A stretch of DNA of 32,000 nt from positions 68,856 to 100,855 of the forward strand of contig MKTL01000002.1 in NCBI GenBank assembly GCA_001897605.1. Direction: 5' to 3'. The position numbers and the translations under genes were made by a program. Below are positions 26,277 to 32,000 of the stretch, one piece after another. The DNA comes from Clostridiales bacterium 38-18. GTDB lineage: Bacteria > Bacillota > Clostridia > Peptostreptococcales > Acidaminobacteraceae. Each line of letters starts with the position of its first letter. The first letter of the stretch is position 1. The notes under the pieces are model-generated. The model saw nothing but the letters and a program-made list of their open reading frames with translations. It searched no databases and was not told the origin of the DNA.

Positions 26277-28589
26277 ATGAAACTATTAAATAGATTATTC
26301 AAAAGCACACTCATTTTAATCATACTTATAATAGGCGTTGGTTATACAACTAATTTGGAATATCCCAATTCACCAAAAGTCAAATATCAGGTCGATGCCA
26401 ATTATCCACCCTTTACATATTCCAATCAACAGTTTCTATATGGGTTTGATATCGAATTGACCAACATTATATTTAAAATGATGGATTATCAATTGGTATA
26501 TTCAACAGACACATGGCCAAAAGTCTATGACAGGCTGGTTAATGGGGAGATTGATTTAGCAGGGATTATTGCAGTTACAGAAGAACGTGAGAAAGAAGTC
26601 TTATTTTCGAAGCCGCTTTTCCAATCTTACGTTACCGTTTATACAAAAAAGGACTTTAGGAATGTAAAGCTAAATGATTTATCTTCGTTAAGAGTTGGTG
26701 TTGGTAAAGGCTATTATACAGAGGCCATTTTAAGAAATGATTTTGATATTACCAATTATACCGCCTATGACGATTTGCGTGATGCTATTTATGATTTATT
26801 GTCTGGGAAAATAGATGTCATTTTTGAAAATCAGCAGATAATGGATTACTTAATTGTTCAAGAGGACGCTCTTGGCACCATTGAAGCACAAATCAAAGAC
26901 CTCTATCCGAGACCACATGCCTATGCCGTGAGCAAGGATAAGCCTGAGCTGGTAAAATACATTAATCAACGCATCGATGAACTTCAAAAAAATGGTCTAT
27001 TTGAAGAGACATATGTTAAATATTTTTATTCTCATTCGTCTTCTTATAATGAGCTGAGAATGAAAAAAATACTTTTTATTGTCTTAATTCCTATATTTGC
27101 AATGTTGGTCCTTCTTTTTGTCCTTAGAGGCTATATCTCAAAGCTCAAGGTAAGACTTGCTAATAAGTATGAGAATATTACCGAAAAAAATAGCGATTTA
27201 TCCGATGCAAATTTGGAGCTCATGCAGCAATATGAAGAAATTCAGATGCAATATGAGGAGATTAATGCCCAATACGAAGAAATACAGCTTAATAATGATA
27301 TTATTTATCAGATGGCCTATACCGACCGGTTAACCAATCTTCCGAACCGACTTTCAGCAGCAGATTACCTAAGTGGCTTAATCGATGAAGAAAATGAGGA
27401 CCGTCCCTTTGAAGCTGGTGTTGCTATTTATCTTGAAATTGATCATTTTAGAAGCATTAATGATACCTTTGGGCATGATTTTGGTGATCAGGTTTTAGTC
27501 TATATTTCTAAGGAATTAAAATTTAGATATGAAAACAGGGGCTTCGTCTCACGAGTAGGTGGTGATGAATTTTTAGTGGTCATGAAAGGTATAAATGCTG
27601 AGAATGATGCAATACCAATAGCAGAGCAGCTATTAAATCATTTTAATAGGATGTGTACTATTGGTGATCATGAAATTTACCTTTCTGTTAGTTTAGGAAT
27701 TGTTTTTTTAGGTAGTGATTGTAAAACGGTGTTAGATGTATTTAAAAATACCGATGCTTCTGTTTATACTGCTAAGCAATTCGGTGGAAGCTGTTATAAA
27801 TTCTACGAACCAGAAATGATTCAGGATGTTCTTTTAAGAAGTCAGCTGGAAAGAGAGATTAGACAAGCGCTGAATAATGAGGATTTCATTGTATATTATC
27901 AGCCAATCTATGAGCTTGAAGGCTCGAGTCTCGTTGGCCTTGAAGCTCTGATTCGATGGCAAAAGGAGGATGGCAGCATGGTCTTTCCCGATACATTTAT
28001 TCCTTTTGCTGAGGATAGTGGGCTGATCGTACCACTTGGAGAATTTGTAATTACTGAGGTTTGTCGTCAGCTTAAGGAATGGCAGCTGATGGATTATAAG
28101 ATCGTGCCAGTGTCAATAAATATTGCTGAAAAGCAATTGCTTTCAAAGAACTTTAATGAAACCCTATTGCATTTCTTAGAGCATTTTGATTTAGAACCAG
28201 ATCTCATACATTTGGAAATTACTGAAAGCCATGTGATGCATAATCTGGATAGAAATGTCCGAAAGCTATCAAAATTACAGGAAATGAATTTCAAAATATT
28301 GATAGATGATTTTGGTACGGGTTATTCCTCTCTGTCACACTTAATTCATCTGCCAATTGACATCCTGAAGATCGATAAGAGCTTTGTTTGGCATATAGAC
28401 ACAATGCCAAAAGAAACCTTAGTTATTTCTGACATAATTTCCATTGCACATCGAATGGGTAAAAAAGTGATTGCAGAGGGTGTGGAAACAGAATCTCAGC
28501 TCGCCTATTTAAAAAGTGTAGGCTGTGATCGTGTCCAAGGCTATTTGTTCTCAAAGCCAATACCAGCGGATGCCATTTTTAATAATTGA
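26277..28589 (+). CDS. sensor protein: extracytoplasmic SBP_bac_3 (amino-acid-binding type) domain, TM, coiled coil, GGDEF, EAL
   Basis: An N-terminal TM helix and about 230 aa of type-3 solute-binding domain are followed by a second TM helix. Then come three QYEEI heptads, a GGDEF domain (RVGGDEF) and a complete EAL set (EALIRW, SINIAE, EITES, DDFGTGYSS, KIDKSF, EGVET, QGY). Confidence 0.85.
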   Translation: MKLLNRLFKSTLILIILIIGVGYTTNLEYPNSPKVKYQVDANYPPFTYSNQQFLYGFDIELTNIIFKMMDYQLVYSTDTWPKVYDRLVNGEIDLAGIIAVTEEREKEVLFSKPLFQSYVTVYTKKDFRNVKLNDLSSLRVGVGKGYYTEAILRNDFDITNYTAYDDLRDAIYDLLSGKIDVIFENQQIMDYLIVQEDALGTIEAQIKDLYPRPHAYAVSKDKPELVKYINQRIDELQKNGLFEETYVKYFYSHSSSYNELRMKKILFIVLIPIFAMLVLLFVLRGYISKLKVRLANKYENITEKNSDLSDANLELMQQYEEIQMQYEEINAQYEEIQLNNDIIYQMAYTDRLTNLPNRLSAADYLSGLIDEENEDRPFEAGVAIYLEIDHFRSINDTFGHDFGDQVLVYISKELKFRYENRGFVSRVGGDEFLVVMKGINAENDAIPIAEQLLNHFNRMCTIGDHEIYLSVSLGIVFLGSDCKTVLDVFKNTDASVYTAKQFGGSCYKFYEPEMIQDVLLRSQLEREIRQALNNEDFIVYYQPIYELEGSSLVGLEALIRWQKEDGSMVFPDTFIPFAEDSGLIVPLGEFVITEVCRQLKEWQLMDYKIVPVSINIAEKQLLSKNFNETLLHFLEHFDLEPDLIHLEITESHVMHNLDRNVRKLSKLQEMNFKILIDDFGTGYSSLSHLIHLPIDILKIDKSFVWHIDTMPKETLVISDIISIAHRMGKKVIAEGVETESQLAYLKSVGCDRVQGYLFSKPIPADAIFNN

Positions 28590-28615
28590 GGATCAATATT
28601 GACAGATCCTCTTTT
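28588..28615 (+). terminator. terminator hairpin after the GGDEF-EAL gene
   Basis: GAGGATC (28588-28594) / GATCCTC (28605-28611) with a 10-nt loop, followed by TTTT. The stem starts in the stop codon. Confidence 0.6.
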
Positions 28616-28630
28616 AAAGTGTATTATAAT
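28599..28630 (+). promoter_or_regulatory. candidate sigma-A promoter of the glutathione peroxidase gene
   Basis: TTGACA (28599-28604) lies in the terminator loop. After a 17-nt spacer comes TATTAT (22-27), overlapping TATAAT (25-30). Confidence 0.5.
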
Positions 28631-28671
28631 TGTATAAAATTAAATTGTAAACAATGCAAATGGAGGTCGAA

Positions 28672-29145
28672 ATGAAATTTTACGATTTTGAAGCGATGGC
28701 AATGAACGGCGATGTTATAAAAATGTCTGATTATGAAGGTAAAGTGGTTCTAGTGGTCAATACGGCAACTAAGTGTGGTCTAGCACCTCAATTTGAGGAG
28801 CTTGAAGCCTTACATCAAAAATATGGAGATAAGGGCTTAGCAATTTTGGGATTCCCTTGCAGTCAATTTGCAAACCAAGAGTCGAGTGACAATTCAACGA
28901 TTCAAAATGTCTGCCGATTGGACTTTGGCGTTACTTTCCAGCTCTTCGAAAAAATCGATGTGAATGGGGAAACAGCGCACCCACTTTATAAGTACTTGAA
29001 GAAAGAAGCGAAGGGCACTTTGGGGAATGGAATTAAATGGAATTTCACTAAATTTCTTATTGATAAAGAGGGAAAAGTCATTAAACGTTATGCGCCAACC
29101 GTAAAGCCATTATCGGTTGAAAACGAAATTGCAGGTCTTTTATAG
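28672..29145 (+). CDS. glutathione peroxidase (Cys type)
   Basis: Motifs NTATKCG (Cys codon TGT at 28774-28776), [11 protein letters not shown] and [14 protein letters not shown] (28662-28666) favours ATG 28672 over the ORF opening at 28654. Confidence 0.88.
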   Translation: MKFYDFEAMAMNGDVIKMSDYEGKVVLVVNTATKCGLAPQFEELEALHQKYGDKGLAILGFPCSQFANQESSDNSTIQNVCRLDFGVTFQLFEKIDVNGETAHPLYKYLKKEAKGTLGNGIKWNFTKFLIDKEGKVIKRYAPTVKPLSVENEIAGLL

Positions 29146-29226
29146 TTATAAAATTGCCCCTTTTCAATGCGTTAAATTCGTTGTAACATAGAGATATCGA
29201 ATTTAAGCCAAGAAAAGAGGAAGAAA

Positions 29227-29742
29227 ATGTTGAAGAAAAATTTGATAGCACTTACGCTAATCCTATTACTTATGATGATGGTTCTATCAGCTTGTGATAG
29301 TAATGAAGCAACGGATTCTGAAGCAGGCGCAAATGATACAACGAATGCCACTGATACTACCGAAATGGCGGCAGGAGACTTTGGTACGCCTATTTTATAT
29401 GATGAAATATATTACGATGATATTCCCGAAGGTATTAAATCAGAGGTGGATCAGCTGATTGTCAATCGTGGCTACTTTCACTGGAATTTAGATGGTGAAA
29501 ATTACTTGCTAATATCTAGTGGTGAAAAGGAAACCGGTGGATATGGGATACAGATACTGACATTTGGACAGTTTGAATCAACTGCTAAGATTCTAGTGGG
29601 TGAGGGTAAGCCTGGCAAGGATGCGGTTGTGCCACAAATTAAGACTTACCCATTTGTAATGATTAAGTATGAAGGTGATTTTAGTGTTTCTGAGATTTAT
29701 AATGAAACCTCAGAAACGTTTGAGCCACTTGTACTAGAGTAA
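29227..29742 (+). CDS. lipoprotein with PrcB-C-like (protease complex subunit PrcB family) domain
   Basis: Lipobox MVLSAC-DSN followed by an acidic linker. SSGEKETGGYGIQI is the characteristic GGY motif of the PrcB_C family. The assignment is from motifs only. Confidence 0.5.
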   Translation: MLKKNLIALTLILLLMMMVLSACDSNEATDSEAGANDTTNATDTTEMAAGDFGTPILYDEIYYDDIPEGIKSEVDQLIVNRGYFHWNLDGENYLLISSGEKETGGYGIQILTFGQFESTAKILVGEGKPGKDAVVPQIKTYPFVMIKYEGDFSVSEIYNETSETFEPLVLE

Positions 29743-29770
29743 GGCATAGAAATAACTACAGAATTAACAA

Positions 29771-29817
29771 AAAGCTACAGTCCTATTGAGCATAACTCAA
29801 TAGACGGTAGCTTTTTT
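29771..29817 (+). terminator. rho-independent terminator
   Basis: Long imperfect hairpin AGCTAC-GTC-TATTGAG / CTCAATA-GAC-GTAGCT (29773-29812), followed by T6. Confidence 0.75.
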
Positions 29818-29906
29818 ATATGAAAGCCATTGGAAGAATGAAGTAAAGTTTAAAATGTTAATTTAACTTAATTTTTCACAATTATTCAATAATTCATTTG
29901 GCTAAG

Positions 29907-29915
29907 TGATATAAT
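29907..29915 (+). promoter_or_regulatory. extended -10 promoter element upstream of the MoxR gene
   Basis: A perfect TGaTATAAT lies 33 nt upstream of the ATG. The -35 is weak. Confidence 0.45.
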
Positions 29916-29947
29916 ATTTTTCATATACATAAAATAGGAGGCTAATT

Positions 29948-30883
29948 ATGACTGATGTACAACGTTTTGCAACTGATTTGAAACAAAATATTCAAAAAGT
30001 AATTGTCGGAAAAAATACAGTAATTGACTTAATTATTACATCTATGCTCTGCTCAGGTCATGTACTTTTAGAGGATATCCCTGGCACAGGTAAAACACTA
30101 TTAGCACGTTCGCTTGCAAAATCATTTGATGTAGAGTTTAATCGGATACAGTTTACACCTGATTTATTACCTTCTGATATAACGGGGTTAAATGTTTTTA
30201 ATCAAGGCGTTGGTAAGTTTGAATTTAGAAAAGGACCTTTAATGAGTCAAATTGTTCTTGCAGATGAAATCAACCGAGCAACCCCAAGAACTCAATCCAG
30301 CTTACTTGAAGCCATGGCAGAAAATCAAATCACCGTAGATGGTGAGACCTATTCATTATCAGAACCATTTTTTGTCATTGCGACACAAAATCCGATTGAA
30401 AGCTCTGGAACCTTCCCTTTACCAGAGGCACAGCTAGACCGTTTTTTTATGCAGCTGTCTATGGGTTATCCTACAAAGGATGAAACGGTAGCTATTTTAC
30501 ATCGATTTGAAAAGGTCAATCCGATAGATGCCTTACAGGCATGTGTGGATGTAAAGAGCTTTAAAGCGATTAAAGATCAGGTTAAGCAGGTAAGGGTTTC
30601 TGATGCGATGACGGTTTATATCATCGATTTAGCGGAGGCAACTAGAGATCACTCTGAAATAGAGCTAGGTGTTAGCCCACGCGGTGTTATGGCACTGTTT
30701 AATGGAGCAAAGGCACTTGCCGCAATTAACGGTCGAGACTACGTCACGCCAGAGGATGTCAAGCAATTAATCGTCCCAATATGGGGACATAGAATTCTTA
30801 TTCGAGATATTTATTCTAAAAGGCCTGAAAGAATTTTAGAGTTGATTATGGCGGCTGTTGAGGTACCAACTGAAACGATCTAG
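29948..30883 (+). CDS. MoxR family AAA+ ATPase
   Basis: Motifs GHVLLEDIPGTGKTLLARSLA (Walker A), VLADEINRA (Walker B) and ATQNPIE..GTFPLPEAQLDRF. RBS AGGAGG. Confidence 0.9.
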   Translation: MTDVQRFATDLKQNIQKVIVGKNTVIDLIITSMLCSGHVLLEDIPGTGKTLLARSLAKSFDVEFNRIQFTPDLLPSDITGLNVFNQGVGKFEFRKGPLMSQIVLADEINRATPRTQSSLLEAMAENQITVDGETYSLSEPFFVIATQNPIESSGTFPLPEAQLDRFFMQLSMGYPTKDETVAILHRFEKVNPIDALQACVDVKSFKAIKDQVKQVRVSDAMTVYIIDLAEATRDHSEIELGVSPRGVMALFNGAKALAAINGRDYVTPEDVKQLIVPIWGHRILIRDIYSKRPERILELIMAAVEVPTETI

Positions 30884-30894
30884 GGAGGTATATC

Positions 30895-32000
30895 ATGGCG
30901 GTATTAATAATTGGGATACTTGGACTACTTGCCTTACAATGGCTTTTAAGAAGGTGGTCGAACTTATCTCCAATCCATTTTTATTTGTCTAGAGCATTCG
31001 ATAAGGAACGCATTACAGCAGGTGACGCAATCGTTATTACTACTGAGATGATCAATAAAAAGTGGCTCCCTTTGCCCTGGGTGAAGGTCTATAGTAAAAT
31101 TCCTGCATCCTTTCGAGGCGAAGGCTATACGGGACAACGAACGATAGAACTGGGAAATGAAAGGTTTGAAGTAGCAGAAACAGGTACGGACAATACCTAT
31201 GAGATTGTAACTTCATTTCTATTTTATGAGAAGGTAGTTAAACACGATGGTTTTATATGCTTAAAAAGAGGTATCTACGAGGCAGGTAATTGCCATGTTG
31301 AGTTTGGTGATTTGTTTGGACTTTATTCTGGAGGGCGAGAATATCAAACAAGGTCTAGGCTAATTGTGCACCCAAAACTATATGAACTCGCAAACTTTGA
31401 AATTATTCCATTAAGCCTACAGGGTGAAACGTCAATAAAAAGGTGGATATTACCTGATCCAATGCTGACAACGGGGACGCGTAATTATACATCAAGAGAT
31501 CATTTTAAAAGCATCAATTGGAAAGCTTCAGCAAAGACTGGTCAGCTACAGGTAAAAAAAATGGACCATACTTCTAACGAATCCTGTATGATTTTTTTTG
31601 ATGTGCAAACCTCTTCAAAATATTGGGAGGGCATCGATCGTACTCGCTTTGAATTGGGAATTACATTTGCAGGATCGTTGTTTAAGTCGTTATTTGAGCA
31701 GCATATAGATGTTGGAATTGCAGTGAACAGTGTCTATATGATGGGAGAGAAGGCAAGTTTGATAATGCCAGCTAAGTTAAAGACACAGCTTGTTAAAGCC
31801 ATGGATGCTCTTGCAGCAGCCACAGAATATAGAGGACATCCAATTGAAAAATTATTTGTGGATGCGGTGAGAAAGTTACACGAAGATGCTGTAATCATTA
31901 TCGTAACAGGTTTTCTATCTTCGGATTTAGCACTGCTGATCAATCAACAGGCGAGAAAGGGTAGAAGTGTTATCATCTATACGACTGGTGCGAAATCGGA
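30895..32000 (+). CDS. DUF58 domain protein (vWA-like partner of MoxR), 3'-truncated by the window edge
   Basis: It is not in the ORF track because no stop is reached. I translated frame 1 from ATG 30895 (RBS GGGAGG 30883-30888) and it stays open to nt 32000. It has an N-terminal TM helix and the DUF58 hallmark TRNYTSRDHFKSINWKASAKTGQLQVKK. Confidence 0.8.
   Translation, partial: MAVLIIGILGLLALQWLLRRWSNLSPIHFYLSRAFDKERITAGDAIVITTEMINKKWLPLPWVKVYSKIPASFRGEGYTGQRTIELGNERFEVAETGTDNTYEIVTSFLFYEKVVKHDGFICLKRGIYEAGNCHVEFGDLFGLYSGGREYQTRSRLIVHPKLYELANFEIIPLSLQGETSIKRWILPDPMLTTGTRNYTSRDHFKSINWKASAKTGQLQVKKMDHTSNESCMIFFDVQTSSKYWEGIDRTRFELGITFAGSLFKSLFEQHIDVGIAVNSVYMMGEKASLIMPAKLKTQLVKAMDALAAATEYRGHPIEKLFVDAVRKLHEDAVIIIVTGFLSSDLALLINQQARKGRSVIIYTTGAKS

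Noticed and set aside
28774-28776. Possible selenocysteine in the glutathione peroxidase active site
   Set aside because: The active-site codon is TGT (Cys), not an in-frame TGA, and no SECIS-like hairpin is needed.
1-32000. Mobile elements, prophage, defence islands, toxin-antitoxin pairs, rRNA
   Set aside because: No transposase, integrase, recombinase, phage structural, restriction, Cas or small paired-gene signatures were seen in any listed ORF. The solitary tRNA-Thr is not flanked by an integrase or direct repeats of its 3' end.

Overview
This is a densely coded, low-GC chromosomal segment of Firmicutes type, judged from a canonical T-box leader, AGGAGG-type ribosome binding sites and many rho-independent hairpin terminators. 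I found no transposase, integrase, CRISPR array, rRNA or obvious defence or prophage genes. Gene order, left to right: (1) a 5'-truncated GH65 alpha-glucoside phosphorylase, beta-phosphoglucomutase, a membrane-anchored beta-helix glycoside hydrolase and a membrane-anchored discoidin/CBM32 protein (+ strand). (2) cydA-cydB-cydD-cydC, the cytochrome bd oxidase with its ABC exporter (- strand). (3) A CaCA Na+/Ca2+ antiporter, a signal-less ParB/Srx-like::BMP(PnrA)-like fusion protein and a metallophosphoesterase. (4) A solitary tRNA-Thr(CGU) with its own promoter and terminator. (5) A Cthe_2159-type beta-helix lipoprotein, an aldo/keto reductase and a diverged class-1 isoprenoid-synthase-like protein. 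(6) A T-box leader followed by an unusual 300-nt repeat-rich spacer and a MetRS gene with a degenerate KMSKS motif. (7) A GH4 6-phospho-beta-glucosidase divergent from a DeoR regulator. (8) A TPR-GGDEF cyclase, an M29 aminopeptidase, an SBP-sensor GGDEF-EAL protein, glutathione peroxidase and a PrcB-like lipoprotein. (9) A MoxR AAA+ ATPase plus a DUF58 gene that runs off the window and is absent from the ORF track. The region is mostly ordinary housekeeping and accessory metabolism. The most unusual locus is 18244-20805: the T-box specifier register and discriminator-pairing base do not plainly read Met. That leader is followed by twin hairpin repeats carrying extended -10 motifs, an (AATAAG)n microsatellite abutting the RBS, and a KASSS-type MetRS. 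The ParB/Srx-BMP fusion and the orphan isoprenoid-synthase-like protein are the other candidates for undescribed function. All homology calls are from motif recognition by eye; no searches were run.
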